This document shows, piece by piece, positions 41,273-53,334 of a DNA stretch of 64,000 nucleotides. Each line of letters begins with the position of its first letter. Positions within the stretch are counted from its first letter, which is position 1. The position numbers and the translations under genes are program-made. The stretch is from Myxococcota bacterium (GTDB taxonomy: Bacteria; Myxococcota_A; SURF-8; G963663525), in the NCBI GenBank assembly GCA_963676915.2, contig CAXXVK010000064.1, forward strand, positions 29,441 to 93,440. Direction: 5' to 3'. Below the pieces are notes generated by a model, which made no database searches, was not told the origin of the DNA, and was given only the letters and a program-made list of their open reading frames with translations.

Positions 41273-44200
41273 ATGGTCATGACATTGAGCCAGCCAAATA
41301 ACTCGGCACAGATTCTGTTGGATGAAGCCAACATGAATCGGTGGACACTTTTGTTCAAATCGAAAACGACGGAAGAAGATTTTAACGAACAGCACCGAAG
41401 AAAATCGATTCGCCTGGCTCGCTTTATGGTTGGAACGGGGCTGGTTGTTGCCCTGATATTCTTAGGTATCAATCCTTTAATTATGCCGGACAGCGATTTT
41501 GTCGTGTGGCTGTCTTTTTTCGTTTCCTTTGCGGCGTTTTCGATTTTCCTCCTTGTTACAATGTATCTGCCTCGCATCGAGCGATATTTCCAGTTTCTCA
41601 TGTCAAGTTATGCAATGGTCATGGGACTTGAAACGGTTTTTGCCACCGTTTATGCGCACACATTGGGAATTCATTCTTTTTACATTACAATAATTTTCGT
41701 GCTGTTTTTTTTATCCGGCTTGAGTCGCCTACGCTTCATTTATGTGTCGATAATCGGGGCGATGATGTTGATCGTCTACGCGATTCTTTCGTTTCAAGTA
41801 CCGGAACTCTCAACCGAAGTTTTTATTCGTAACAATCTATTCCTTTTTGTTTGTTTTTGGGTAAGCGGCGCAACCAGTTACTCCATTGAGTTTTACATTC
41901 GTCGGGATTATATGAAGTCCCGCTATTTGGAACTGGAGCATCGATACATCAACGAAGAAATCCAGGAAAGACAGCGTGCAGAAGAAGAACTCGCCCAACA
42001 TAAGAGCAACCTGGACAATATCGTCCGATTGAGAACGGAAGAGCTGGAACGTTCCAATAAAAAGCTTCGTATCGAAGTGATCGAACGAAAAATTGCCGAA
42101 AACGAATTTCTCAAGTTCAAATCCATTGCAGATTCAGCCAATTACGGCATGCTTTTGCTGGATTTTCACGGACGGGTCATTTACTGCAACGAGTATTATG
42201 CACGATTGCACGAATACGAGATCCAAGAAGTGCTCGGCATGGAAATGACGATGTTCTTCAGCGATGATCAAAAAGAAGAAGCCGAGCGTCTGTTTTCGCA
42301 AGCATGGAATGTCGGCAGCATCAAAGCTCAGGAAATTAGCCATACTACCAAAAGTGATCGTTCATTTCCTATGCTGATGAACTTCAAGTTGATTGCAGGT
42401 CGTACCGAGGAACAGCCTTCTTTTCTTGCTGTGACGGCTTTGGAAATCAGCGAACGAAAGAAAATGGAAGATGCGCTTCGCTACAATGAAAAACGTTTTC
42501 GAGCGCTGTTTGAAAATGCTTCCGATATGTTTGTTTTAGAAGATTCCAACCAACGAATCATCGATGCCAATCAGGCCGCCGAGAAATTGACGGGCTACAC
42601 GCGTGAGCAGTTATGCTTGATGACTACACGAGAATTACGAGCAGATTCCGGAACATCGCTGGATATTTACGATAGAAACACGCCAGACGAGGATAAAAGT
42701 TTTCGACCTTATCAAATGATGATGAAACGTGCCAATGGCGATCCTGTTCCTGTTGAAATACTGATCAGACAACTCGATCTAAGCGGGAAACCGGTGTTTT
42801 TATCCTCAGTGCGAGATATGACGGAGCGATACCGTATGGAAATGGCTCTTCGACATGCTAAAGACATGGCTGAAGAGGCCACGATGGCAAAAGGTGAATT
42901 TTTAGCCAACATGAGCCATGAAATCCGTACACCGATGAACGGCGTGCTTGGAATGCTAGGGTTGTTACTGAAAACGGACCTGTCGGAAGCACAGCGCGAG
43001 TATGCGACTCTGGCTAAAAGCAGTGCAACCAGCATGATGTCGATTATCAACGAGATTCTAGACTTCTCGAAGCTTGAATCCGGCAATCTTAGGCTGGAAG
43101 AGATCGAATTCGATCTCGGCAAATTACTGGATGATGTAGGGCGTCTTTTTCAATCGGAGTGGGAGAAAAATCACCTTGGTTTCCATTTGGATATCGAAGA
43201 TGATGTTCCGTGTCGGATTCAAAGCGACCCTCTTCGTTTGCGACAGGTTTTAACCAATTTGTTGTCCAACGCCGTCAAATTCACTTCAAAAGGTAATATT
43301 AGGATTCACGTCCAACAAAAAAAGTGGAACTCAAAGGGCACGGTGCTGTTTTTCGAAGTCCAAGACAGCGGTATCGGTATTCCCGAGGACCGTATCTCCA
43401 CGTTGTTCGATCCATTTACGCAGGCTGATGCATCTACCACAAGACAGTTTGGTGGAACCGGGTTGGGACTGGCCATTGTCCGGCAGATCATCGAAGCCAT
43501 GAATGGGCAAGTCGGTGCAAGAAATCACGAAGAGGGTGGGGCGGTATTCTGGTTCGAGATTCCCGTCCGATTGGAGGCGGTTGCCAAGCTGGAAACATTT
43601 GAATTTACAAAGGAAAAGGTCTTGCTCGTTTCTTCCGAAAATGAAGCGAAACCGGTATTTTTACCAAAGCTGGAATCGTCGAATCATCCTTTCGAGCGCG
43701 CCAGTAATTTTACAGAGGCAAGGGAAATTATATTTACAGACGATTCTGAGGAACCTTCCTTTAATTTGGTGTTGCTGGAACCGGGAGTTTCAAATGATGA
43801 AATGATGAAGTTTTCCCATTGCAACGCGAAAAACAAAGAAAAAATCAAGCTCTATAGTGCACGGTCATACGAAAAAGGCTCGGTGGTTCTGGATGTTCAA
43901 AAAGCCGATTTTTATGCAATTGGTTTGCAAAAGTTTATAGGCAAATCCTGTTCCGAGTTGGAAAAAGTCACAAAAGAAGTGTCTCCCCCTACACCTACAA
44001 CGTATTCTTCCCCAGTCACAAAAAAACATCGGGTGTTGGTCGTAGAAGACGACGACATCAGTCGCCGGATCATGAGTATTGCGCTTTCGGAGGAAGGGTA
44101 TCATGTAAAAGTAGTCGAAGACGGTTTGAAAGCCCTGGAATTGTTTGAAAAAGAGATCTTCGATATCGTTTTCATGGATATTCAGTTGCCCGGACTCAAC

Positions 44201-44795
44201 GGCTTTGAAACTACGGAAAAATTAAGGGAAATCGAAAATAGAAACGATCGTCAGTCGGTACCGGTCATTGCCTTGACGGCGGATGTTTTCCAAAAAGACG
44301 ACAAAGCCGGCAAACGTTCCCAAATTGATGATTTTGTACTGAAGCCGGTTCATGTAGAAGAGTTGCGAGGAGTGATCGAGCACTGGCTGCAACAATCCCT
44401 CACCAAGCAAGAAAACAAAGAACAAAACCTCGATTTCGAGCTTGAATCCGAGGAACTTTTCAGGAAAGATGAATTGCTCAATCGGCTTCATGGGAATGAA
44501 GACGTGATGAGGGAAATCGTGGAATTGTTTGTTGCCGAGACAACGAACCGCATTGTGGAGCTTCAGCAAGCGTATGAAGAGCGAACAACTGTTGATTTTA
44601 CAAAAGTTGCCCATATGCTCAAGGGAGCTGCCGGGAACTTTGGTTCTCCACTAGATGCAGCAGCTTGCAAGTTATATTGAAATAGCGGGAAAAGAAGAGG
44701 ATTGGGAAAAGGTTTCGGTGCTATTGGAACGGCTCGAACGCACTTTTAGGGATCTTCTGGAGCTTTTGGGTGTGGGATCAAGACAAAGAAAGTGA
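41273..44795 (+). CDS. Membrane hybrid histidine kinase (TM-PAS-PAS-HisKA-HATPase-REC-HPt); +1 frameshift ~44650
   Basis: FLANMSHEIRTP, NAVKFT, DSGIG, GGTGLGL, FMDIQLP, HMLKGAAGN; HPt tail continues in the +1 frame to TGA 44795. Confidence 0.9.
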
Positions 44796-44808
44796 ACTGA
44801 CGCAATTA

Positions 44809-47104
44809 ATGATAAGTATTGCTGGCAGAAGATGATTTTGTATCCAGACGGATTCTCGAAGTATCCTTGGAGGGTTGGGGATACGAAGTGATTTCCGTTG
44901 AAGATGGTTTGCAAGCCTGGAATGCCATGCAAGCTCCTGTACCTCCGTCCATTGTGATTATGGACTGGATGATGCCGAAACTCGATGGCTTGGAGGTTAT
45001 CAAACTCATTCGGAACTGGGAACGACCCGGCAAAGCATCCTCTACGTACATCATTTTACTTACCACGAAAAATTCGAAACAAGATGTCGTCGAAGGGTTG
45101 GAATCGGGAGCGAACGACTACATTACCAAGCCCTACGATATGGACGAACTCAATGCCCGCATTCGTGTTGGAAGCCAGGTCGTTGAGCTGCAGGAGCGTT
45201 TTTACAAAGCATTTACCATCAACCCGACACCAATGCTGCTCAATCGACTAAACGACGGGGCTGTCATTGAAGTTAACGACAGTTTCTTATTTTTATTCGA
45301 AAAAAATCGCGAAAGCATCGTCGGCAACACATTTGAAACCATTGGTTTATTCGATTCGGAAAGAAGTGTACAACTTGTTGAGGAATTGACTGAAAAAGGT
45401 ACGATTCAAAACGTGGAGCTACAGTATTCGCTTCCGAATGGACGGGAAATTATCGGGATGTTCTCGGCGGAAACCATGACCATCAGCGAGATTCCCTACA
45501 TGATTTCCGTCGTAAACGATCTTACGGAACGCAAACGATTCGAACAAAGACTGAAAAACAGCGAACAACTGCTTCAAGGTATCATCAACGCCATTCCGGA
45601 TCGTATGTGGGTGCTTGACAAATACAAACGTATCCAGTTTTGCAACAAAAAAACAAAGGAAATTTACGGCGAGAGTATTGTTGGAAGACATTGTTCCGAA
45701 ATCAACCCAAGTTGCGATGAAAAGAACTGTCTCATCGATAAAACGTTGGAAACGGGAAAAATGGCTCAGAAGCCTCTCAAGCTTGTGGATCAAAATGGAG
45801 AGGAGCGCCATTTCCTTGGTAGTAGCAACCCGGTTGTTCTGGATGACAGCGGCAAACCCAAGCTCGTTGTTGAAGTTCTGAGAGATATTACGGACCTGAA
45901 AAAAGCCGATACCGAACGCCAACGTTTCAAAGAAAGACTTCGAGAAGCAAGACGTGTCGAAAGTATGGCTCACATGGCGGCGAGCATTGCTCATGATTTC
46001 AACAATCTAATGACCGGGATCATCGGTAACGTCGATTTGATCATGCTCGATCTTCCTGCCGGGAGTTCAGAGAACCAGATATTGCTGGATATTGAGCAAG
46101 CCGCGAAAAGAGCCTCGCAATTATCAAGGCAAATGCTTGCGTTTAGCGGGCGAGAACATTTGATCAAGCAAGAACTGGAACTGAATGAATGGCTCCGCAA
46201 TACGGAAAAACAACTTGTTGCCAATACCCCGGAAGGTATTGAAACAACCGTTGAATTTTCTTCGAATTCGCTTCACATCGAAGGCGATGACAAGCAATTG
46301 CAACAGATGCTGGAAAATCTATACATTAATGCAATAGAAGCGATTGAAGAACCTCCCGGAAAGATTACGATTTCCACGAGTATGGATGAATGCCGATCAA
46401 CGTTTTTTGCCAACACTCTTTTTCAGGAAAATGTAAAACCGGGACGATACGCCGTACTTTCCATCCGTGATGATGGTTGTGGAATCAATGACGCGATTCA
46501 GGACAAAATTTTCGATCCGTTTTTCACAACGAAGCAAACCGGTAGAGGATTGGGATTGGCCGAGGTATACGGTACACTTCGTGGACATCAAGGAACCCTG
46601 CGCTTGAAAAGTGACGCAGGAAATGGTGCTGCTTTCGAAGTCTACCTGCCGATTCATGATTCGGCGTCAAGTTCGTCGGAGTGGAGTCAGGGAAGTCTCA
46701 CGATCCCCGCAGAAAAACCCAAAGGAACTATTCTTGTCATTGACGATGAAATGATCGTCTTACGTGTCGTGAAAAAAAGTCTAGAACGTTTCGGATATCG
46801 AGTATTTGCAGCTTCCAGCGGTATGGAAGGGCTGGAAACCTTTTCGGCGAAAATCAGTGACATCGATCTTGTGATCCTCGATTTGACGATGCCTCATATG
46901 GGAGGCGAGGAAACATTGGAGGAACTGAAAAAGATCGATCCCGAGGTCAAAGTACTTTTGGCAAGTGGGTACGCCGAAAACGATTTATCAAGCATTTTCG
47001 AGGACAAAGGTGCAACCGGGTTTTTGCAAAAACCCTTCCAGGTCAAAGAACTTGTGGGCAAAATCGTCGAAATTCTCAAGGAAGACGACGAGTCTGGTAA
47101 TTAA
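44809..47104 (+). CDS. Hybrid kinase REC-PAS-PAS-HisKA-HATPase-REC (CckA-like)
   Basis: LAEDD..MDWMMP, AHDFNN, DPFFTTK..GRGLGL, LDLTMP; probable ATG 44809 with one extra base. Confidence 0.9.
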
Positions 47105-47253
47105 AGCCATCCTAAAATTTACAACCGTGGATTTCGTGGCGAATTCGTCATTGACGAGACGCGGAAAACCGGCAGTTTTTCAGGTCAAGACCGACGGTGA
47201 AGTCGTCCGAAAATGTCCGAATGGCGACAGGAGGACTTTTTATGCCCCAAAAT

Positions 47254-47289
47254 AAAAAAGCGAGGACGAGCCGGAAGGGTCGTCCTCGC
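47254..47289 (-). terminator. Intrinsic terminator
   Basis: GCGAGGACGA/TCGTCCTCGC stem with minus-strand U tract, downstream of the gene ending at 47313. Confidence 0.75.
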
Positions 47290-47312
47290 GTAAAAGCTTC
47301 TTCAGCAGACTT

Positions 47313-49367
47313 TTACTCGCTGTATGGGTCGCAGGAAGTGCTTTGCGCCGTGCAACTGTTGGCATCGGCGTAAGGCATCGAGCATAAGCCAACCGTGGTT
47401 CCGTTAGGCATAGGATAGCCAATGCAAACGGTAGGACGCAAATATTCCGTTCCTCCCGCTGTTTCGGTCTCGTAGTCCGGGCAAATATCTTGTGCGATAT
47501 CACAAGTTCTCACGCAGGTCGGGAAAAGGTAGGAACTGAAATCGACACAGGTATAGCCCGTGGGGCAAGGAAGAAGTGTGCAGTGCGTTTCCCCGTTAAG
47601 CCAGTTCGCCAAATCGCTATTGTTTTGGTAATTGATAACGCAACCACCACCATTTAGCACTTTGCGGCCTTCGTCGTCAGTTGACCAAAGATCCTGGCAG
47701 CGTTGGTTCTCCGCACAACTATGAGGCGCGAATGAACAGGGTTCATGACAACGGTTTCCCTCACCGGTTACGTTCGAATAACAGGTGCCTTCGCCGCTGA
47801 TGCACTGGCAGGTAAGCATGTTGCAGTTCTGGCTACTGTTACAGAAGCCGAAATTGCCCATGTCGCACATTTCACCGGCTTCCAGTACCCCGTTGCCACA
47901 GACCGGCTCGCCAGGGGTTTTGCACTGGCAGGTCTCGGTGTCGCAGTATTGACGACTCAGGCAATCCCAATCGTGCTCGCATTCTTCGCTCAATTCGACA
48001 TTTCCGTTTCCGCATTCAGGAGCTACACACTGGCAAGTCTGGTCGTGGCAGACGAATACGCCGCTGCACTGACTGTCTTGCTCGCAATCTTCGCCATCCT
48101 CGACAATGTTGTTGCCGCATTCGGAGACGTATTCACAAAAACAAGTGTTGCTGTTGCATTCCTGGTTGCTGCCGCATTCGTTCGTACCACTGGCAGGATC
48201 GCATTGCTCGTTACCCTGAACTCTACCGTCACCGCAAATCGTTCCGGTGCAGACACAGGCCGTTTCGTGACAAACGGAACCGGAAGGACAATCGCTGGCT
48301 TGGGAAATCGGCTCGCATTCTTCGTTGCCCTCTTTGGTACCATCTCCACAGACAGGACCGGAGCTTTCACACTTGCAAGTTACGTTATTGCAAGTTTCAT
48401 TCGTATCGCAGTCTGTTGCCTGAGAAATCGGTTCGCATTCCTCCGTGCCTTCCTTGGTGCCATTCCCACATACGGGAGTCGTACTTCCACCTTCGCATTT
48501 GCAGGTAGTGGTGTTGCAGGTTTGTCCTGTCTCGCAGTCTGTGGCTTGAGAAACCGGCTCGCATTCCTCGGCTCCTTCTTTGGTGCCATCCCCGCAGATA
48601 TCTCCGCCGGTATCGGTGATGCATTTGCAGGTAGAGGTGTGGCAGATTTCATCGGTGCCGCAATCGGTGGCTTGGGTTGCCGGTTCGCATTCTTCCGATC
48701 CCTCAACGGTATTGTTGCCACAAACAGCGTCGGAACTACCTGACTCTTCACACATACAGAAGTCTGTGTTGCAAGTATAATTCGGTGGACAATCGATGTC
48801 TTCGCTGGAGGGTTCGCAATCTTCGTTAGGTTCTTTTACACCGTTTCCACAATTCCTAACTGTGCTGTCTCCTTCACAAACGCAGTTCTGTGTTGTTCCA
48901 TACCAGTCTACGCAACCTTTTACAGCTTTGTCACGGCAGACGGTCGAGCAGTCGATAGGCGTCCAGATCAATTCGTTGGCATTGCAGACGCACAGGGCAA
49001 AAGCGCCGGTTGTGGTGGTGCGGCACCATGCCTGGTCGGGAGTGGTACAATATCCACTACATGTAGTTCCTGCCGGCGTTACGTTGTCGTTACCGTACGG
49101 ATTCGAGCCGCTCGATGGGTTCACTTCCGTGCATTGGTTGTTGATGGCACAGAATTCATCATCTTCGCAATCGGCGTTTTTTTGGCAAGGAGTCCCATTG
49201 CCGCTCTCGGTGGAAACGACACAAGACCCATTTGCACAATAACTCCCAAGGTCGCATTCGACGTTGAAACTACACTGGTCTTCGTCCGAACTCGAATCTC
49301 CAAAGCAGCCATTTAATAGTACGAAAGTGGCAACTAATACGGCCAAACGAACCCATAGTCTGCACAT
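47313..49367 (-). CDS. Cys-rich repeat lipoprotein (9 CG[ND]x...E.C[ED] Myxococcus-type repeats)
   Basis: Lipobox LNGC; tandem CG[ND]GxxExxEECEP...C units. Confidence 0.8.
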   Translation of the reverse strand: MCRLWVRLAVLVATFVLLNGCFGDSSSDEDQCSFNVECDLGSYCANGSCVVSTESGNGTPCQKNADCEDDEFCAINNQCTEVNPSSGSNPYGNDNVTPAGTTCSGYCTTPDQAWCRTTTTGAFALCVCNANELIWTPIDCSTVCRDKAVKGCVDWYGTTQNCVCEGDSTVRNCGNGVKEPNEDCEPSSEDIDCPPNYTCNTDFCMCEESGSSDAVCGNNTVEGSEECEPATQATDCGTDEICHTSTCKCITDTGGDICGDGTKEGAEECEPVSQATDCETGQTCNTTTCKCEGGSTTPVCGNGTKEGTEECEPISQATDCDTNETCNNVTCKCESSGPVCGDGTKEGNEECEPISQASDCPSGSVCHETACVCTGTICGDGRVQGNEQCDPASGTNECGSNQECNSNTCFCEYVSECGNNIVEDGEDCEQDSQCSGVFVCHDQTCQCVAPECGNGNVELSEECEHDWDCLSRQYCDTETCQCKTPGEPVCGNGVLEAGEMCDMGNFGFCNSSQNCNMLTCQCISGEGTCYSNVTGEGNRCHEPCSFAPHSCAENQRCQDLWSTDDEGRKVLNGGGCVINYQNNSDLANWLNGETHCTLLPCPTGYTCVDFSSYLFPTCVRTCDIAQDICPDYETETAGGTEYLRPTVCIGYPMPNGTTVGLCSMPYADANSCTAQSTSCDPYSE

Positions 49368-49477
49368 AGGCTTCTCCTGCAATCTCTAATCTGATAAAAA
49401 CTACGGTAACAGAAGGTATGTATCTCTAAAAACCTGTTCAAATCAAGCAAAACATTCCCACAATTGTATTTTTATAT

Positions 49478-49510
49478 AAAAAAACCCCTTCGGAAGTTTC
49501 CAAAGGGGTT
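49478..49510 (-). terminator. Intrinsic terminator
   Basis: AACCCCTT.GGAA / TTCC.AAGGGGTT stem with minus-strand U tract. Confidence 0.7.
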
Positions 49511-49537
49511 CTAATAAAAGTGATTCTTTATTGGGAA

Positions 49538-51694
49538 TCAGTCAAGCGGCTCGAAAACCGGGGTTTGCCAGGTACCGTTGACCTGTTTCCACGTCCATTG
49601 GCGTATCGAACCTTCGGTGTTGGCTTCGTCGATATCGATGGTGAACGAAGCGAAGTGATTTTGCAGGTCGTTGTGGTAGAATTTGACCGTCACTTCGGTG
49701 GAAATACGGCCAATACCCAGTGGACAACCTCCCATGTTCAAACCGCCCAACGGATCGGTGCAGTCTTCTATGTAATGTACGATGATCTGATAATCGCCGT
49801 TGGGAGGATTCATGTGGGTAACGGTTTCCTGATTTCCTTGTTCATAAGAAGAAACCGTACTCATCATAACCGAACCGTCTCCGGTAAGAACGGGACAATA
49901 GCCGTCCCGGATGCGGTCGTGATCGCAACGGACGCCACTGGGAAGTACCCAGGCCATGTCTACGTTGGTCGGACCTTCACCGGTAAATGACATCCGAACC
50001 TGAACCACCTGAGATTCACCGAGTGCAACGATGGTAACGGGGTAGGGTGTCGAGGCCAGGCCGTCGGCATCGTAAACGGTCAGACGAGTGGTATAGGTGC
50101 CGGTCGCGTCGAGCGTCAACGAAACCATGCTACCCAGAGTGCTGGCGAAACCACCCTCCGTGTCGTATCCTTTGAAAAGTGATGCCGTCGAGCCTTGCGG
50201 ACGGTCCAGCGTCCACCCGAACTGGAGAGCTTCGCTGTTGCCATCCGGGTCGTTGCTTACGCCACCATACAATTCGATGGTTTCTCCTTGTTCGGAAGTG
50301 ATCGAATCGGTAATGGGAGCTTCGTTCGAAGCCAGGGAAACCAAAGCGATCGGCGGGCGTCCCTGGGGAATTCCCGTAGCCGTTATCGGGATACGGTAGG
50401 CGAGACTGCCCTGAACATCCACCACCATTTCGCCTTCGTAGCTTTCTTCCTGATTCGGCGCGAAACGCAGGCTGAAGTTAAGGCCGTCACCGACTTCGAT
50501 GGTGTGACCGATGATCGGACCTCCGGGGAATGTGAACACGTTGTCTCCGACGGCTTCGTCCAGACCTTCCAGACGCAACACGGGGATGTTCACCGGATTA
50601 TCGCTGTTGTTGGCCAGCATGATGTTCACGTCTTTGAATTCCCCACGCACGACATTGCCGAAACTGATGGGATTCGGGCGTATGATCAAGTCGCCGTTGA
50701 TGCCGGTCCCGACCAGAGGCAATTCCGCGATGGAAATGTTGGTTGCTCCCTGAGGACGGAAGGAAAAGAATATTTTATCCGTATATTGCACTTGGGCATA
50801 AGGGTTGAACGTGATCTGAAAAGCGACGGTCCCGGCCTTCGGCTCCAGAACAATCGGGTTGTTCGGGCTGACATCGCGGTAGGGTTTCGGAACGATGGAA
50901 AAAGCGCTCGAACCACCGAGAGTTTCCGATTCGATTTCCACGAGAATCAACTCGATGGTTCCGACATCACCTTCATTTCCTACGGAGACGAGATCGGGAG
51001 ATACACGTCCGACAGCGATTTCACCGAAGTCGATGGATTCCCGGCTCATGTAGAAATCGGCCGGATCTACTTCCTGATATCCTTCCCCGGTCAGCGTGAT
51101 TTCGATGGTTGCTGCGTTTTCGGAGTCGTTCTTTAAAATGTAGGTTGCTTCAAACTCGCCACTGGCCATCGGTTTGAAGTAGAATTTCAGGGAATACTGG
51201 GTTCCCGGCTGGACGGAATAGCCTGCAAAATTCGGATCGATGGAAAACGGGTTTTCTTCGGGAGCTTCTTTCCAGTGCTCGGGTAGCGGGTCCGACAGAT
51301 TGACCACCTGGTTTCCCTTGTTGGTCACGATCAACGTGATTTCGGCTTCTTCTTCCACATTGACCTGACCGAATGCCAACTGCTGGGAGTCCAACTCGAT
51401 CAGGTAGCTGTCTTCCGTCTGCAACTCGGTGCACAGACCGTTTTGACCGCAAAACTGATCGCTGGGACATTCGGCGTTGCTGAGGCACGCAGAGCCGGTG
51501 CCGTCGATGCCACCCGATACACAGGAACCGCCGGAGCAGTAATATCCCAGGTCACAATCGATGTTGCTATTGCAACCTGTGCCGGGGCCGGTGTTGTCAT
51601 CGGGATTGCCGGTTGAGCCGCCGTCGTCACAGGCGGATGCCACCAAGAAAAGAATCAGGATCAAACTCCAAAAACCGGAAAGGTACGCTCGCAT
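49538..51694 (-). CDS. Lipoprotein with three choice-of-anchor D/ASH Ig-like domains and a PKD-like domain
   Basis: Lipobox ASAC; repeated xFGxV...N.G...F.P...L.G.G units; S.DPDG...F.W...P.GS, G.Y...LTV.D..G. Confidence 0.75.
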   Translation of the reverse strand: MRAYLSGFWSLILILFLVASACDDGGSTGNPDDNTGPGTGCNSNIDCDLGYYCSGGSCVSGGIDGTGSACLSNAECPSDQFCGQNGLCTELQTEDSYLIELDSQQLAFGQVNVEEEAEITLIVTNKGNQVVNLSDPLPEHWKEAPEENPFSIDPNFAGYSVQPGTQYSLKFYFKPMASGEFEATYILKNDSENAATIEITLTGEGYQEVDPADFYMSRESIDFGEIAVGRVSPDLVSVGNEGDVGTIELILVEIESETLGGSSAFSIVPKPYRDVSPNNPIVLEPKAGTVAFQITFNPYAQVQYTDKIFFSFRPQGATNISIAELPLVGTGINGDLIIRPNPISFGNVVRGEFKDVNIMLANNSDNPVNIPVLRLEGLDEAVGDNVFTFPGGPIIGHTIEVGDGLNFSLRFAPNQEESYEGEMVVDVQGSLAYRIPITATGIPQGRPPIALVSLASNEAPITDSITSEQGETIELYGGVSNDPDGNSEALQFGWTLDRPQGSTASLFKGYDTEGGFASTLGSMVSLTLDATGTYTTRLTVYDADGLASTPYPVTIVALGESQVVQVRMSFTGEGPTNVDMAWVLPSGVRCDHDRIRDGYCPVLTGDGSVMMSTVSSYEQGNQETVTHMNPPNGDYQIIVHYIEDCTDPLGGLNMGGCPLGIGRISTEVTVKFYHNDLQNHFASFTIDIDEANTEGSIRQWTWKQVNGTWQTPVFEPLD

Positions 51695-51908
51695 CGGATC
51701 TCCTCCGCTATCAGTCGAGACACTTGTTCATAACTTTTGGACGATTGTAGCGGCATGATGTATCGAAGGCAAATCCATCCTCAGAAAAAAACATCGTTGC
51801 GATGAAAACATGATTGCCGGATAATGGGTGCCATTCCATGTGAAGATGTTGAAAATGGCTGGGTGATAGAGAAAAAGGACCATTGGGAAAGAGTTGTCGA
51901 AAACGAGT

Positions 51909-53099
51909 ATGGCATCGGAAATATTTAAAATTATCGGGGTGTTAGCTGTTGGTATAGTAGCAGTTATCGGTTTTGCGATGAAACCGGAGATGCCCTTTCC
52001 CGACGAAAACGACTTGAAAGAAATGCTGCCGGGTGCGGCCCGTTTTTCGATACTGAAACACGATCCGGTGGAACACTGGTTGGGATTCGATGAAAACAAT
52101 CGTACCGTTGGAGCCATATTTTTGACGGATCGCGTACCTCCCGAGGTGCAAGGATACGGCGGAACGGTGCGTATCCTGGCGGGAGTTCGTGCGAATGGCG
52201 CACTCACAAGTGAAAAAATTTTGTGCCACACCGAGACACCCGCTTATTTCGCTCGTCTGCGCGAACAGGAATTTCTCAGTCATTTCGAAGAGATCCGATT
52301 GGACAATGCCGCGTCCTGGCAGAAAATCGATGCCGTTACCGGGGCAACGGTCAGCAGCGATGCCGTACGTGACGATTTGCTTTTATCCGGGAGAACCGTA
52401 GCAGGGCAGGTGTTCGGTTTGCCGTTTCCTGCTCCTCCTGCAAAAGCATTTCCATGGTTGCAAGTGTTTGGATTGCTTGGTGTTTTCGGTTTGTCGTTTC
52501 TGGCTTCGTATCGACGAGAACGGTTTTGGCACGGGGTAAGTCTTGCGGGTGGCTTTCTGGTTATCGGAGTGTGGCTCAACGCTTCATTCAGTTTGCAGCC
52601 TGTTGCGGGACTGCTTCAGGGGCGATTCCCAACTCTGGAAACGCCGATTCCGATGTTGATGTTGTTGTTTGTGCTTATCACCGGATTGACCCGAGGACGG
52701 CAGTATTGTCACACGCTTTGTCCTTATGGTGCCGTGCAAGAGACGCTTTCCGGCGTTTCGGCTCTGAAAATCGTAGCGCGTCCTAAAATGGCGCGTTGGT
52801 TGTCGAACCTGCCGTTTTTGTTGCTGTTTTTGTCACTATTGCTGTATTTGGCAAATCTTTTTCCCGAAGCCCTCGGCCTGGAACCGTTTCAACACCTTTT
52901 TGCGCCTTCCGTTACGGATTTCGCTACGTTAGGGTTTGCGCTCGGCGTGTTGGGACTCTCGCTGGTCAGTCCACGTTTTTGGTGTCGTTTTTTCTGTCCT
53001 TCGGGGGCTGCAATGGCATTGTGGGCACGGCTGCGTTTCTGGCGTAAGAGCAGACGACCTGAAGCCGAAGACATCGATTCAGGGAGACGTGATGGATAA
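51909..53099 (+). CDS. FMN-binding (RnfG/NosR-like) plus 4Fe-4S-binding membrane protein
   Basis: GYGG, ETP.Y, flavinylation motif DAVTGATVSS, YCHTLCPYGA and FWCRFFCPSGA, several TMs. Confidence 0.85.
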   Translation: MASEIFKIIGVLAVGIVAVIGFAMKPEMPFPDENDLKEMLPGAARFSILKHDPVEHWLGFDENNRTVGAIFLTDRVPPEVQGYGGTVRILAGVRANGALTSEKILCHTETPAYFARLREQEFLSHFEEIRLDNAASWQKIDAVTGATVSSDAVRDDLLLSGRTVAGQVFGLPFPAPPAKAFPWLQVFGLLGVFGLSFLASYRRERFWHGVSLAGGFLVIGVWLNASFSLQPVAGLLQGRFPTLETPIPMLMLLFVLITGLTRGRQYCHTLCPYGAVQETLSGVSALKIVARPKMARWLSNLPFLLLFLSLLLYLANLFPEALGLEPFQHLFAPSVTDFATLGFALGVLGLSLVSPRFWCRFFCPSGAAMALWARLRFWRKSRRPEAEDIDSGRRDG

Positions 53100-53334
53100 G
53101 CGCAAGAAATCACGAAAGATTTTGCGGTCAAACGCATGGATTTCCGCGATGGTGCTTGCGGTGTTCCTTGGGATGGCGGCGTCTCTTTGGATGCAAAGCC
53201 GACAGTATACCGTGCAAAGACCGACGATGCGCACCGTTGATGTCGAGCAGATCGACATCGATATACGTGCAGGAAAACTCTCGGATGTTCCGGCTCGGCA
53301 TTGGGTGACTATCGAGAAGGAGACACCGCGATGA
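53092..53334 (+). CDS. Small single-TM protein
   Basis: RBS GGAG, overlaps both neighbours; one TM followed by VDVEQI...GKLSDVPARHW. Confidence 0.6.
   Translation: MDKRKKSRKILRSNAWISAMVLAVFLGMAASLWMQSRQYTVQRPTMRTVDVEQIDIDIRAGKLSDVPARHWVTIEKETPR

Noticed and set aside
27500-44815. Programmed frameshifting or phase variation
   Set aside because: The shifts are uniformly +1, hit unrelated genes, share no slippery motif and cluster regionally, which fits sequencing error better.
47800-48852. Tandem DNA repeats as a second CRISPR-like array
   Set aside because: They are degenerate in-frame coding repeats of the Cys-rich lipoprotein, with no repeat-spacer structure.
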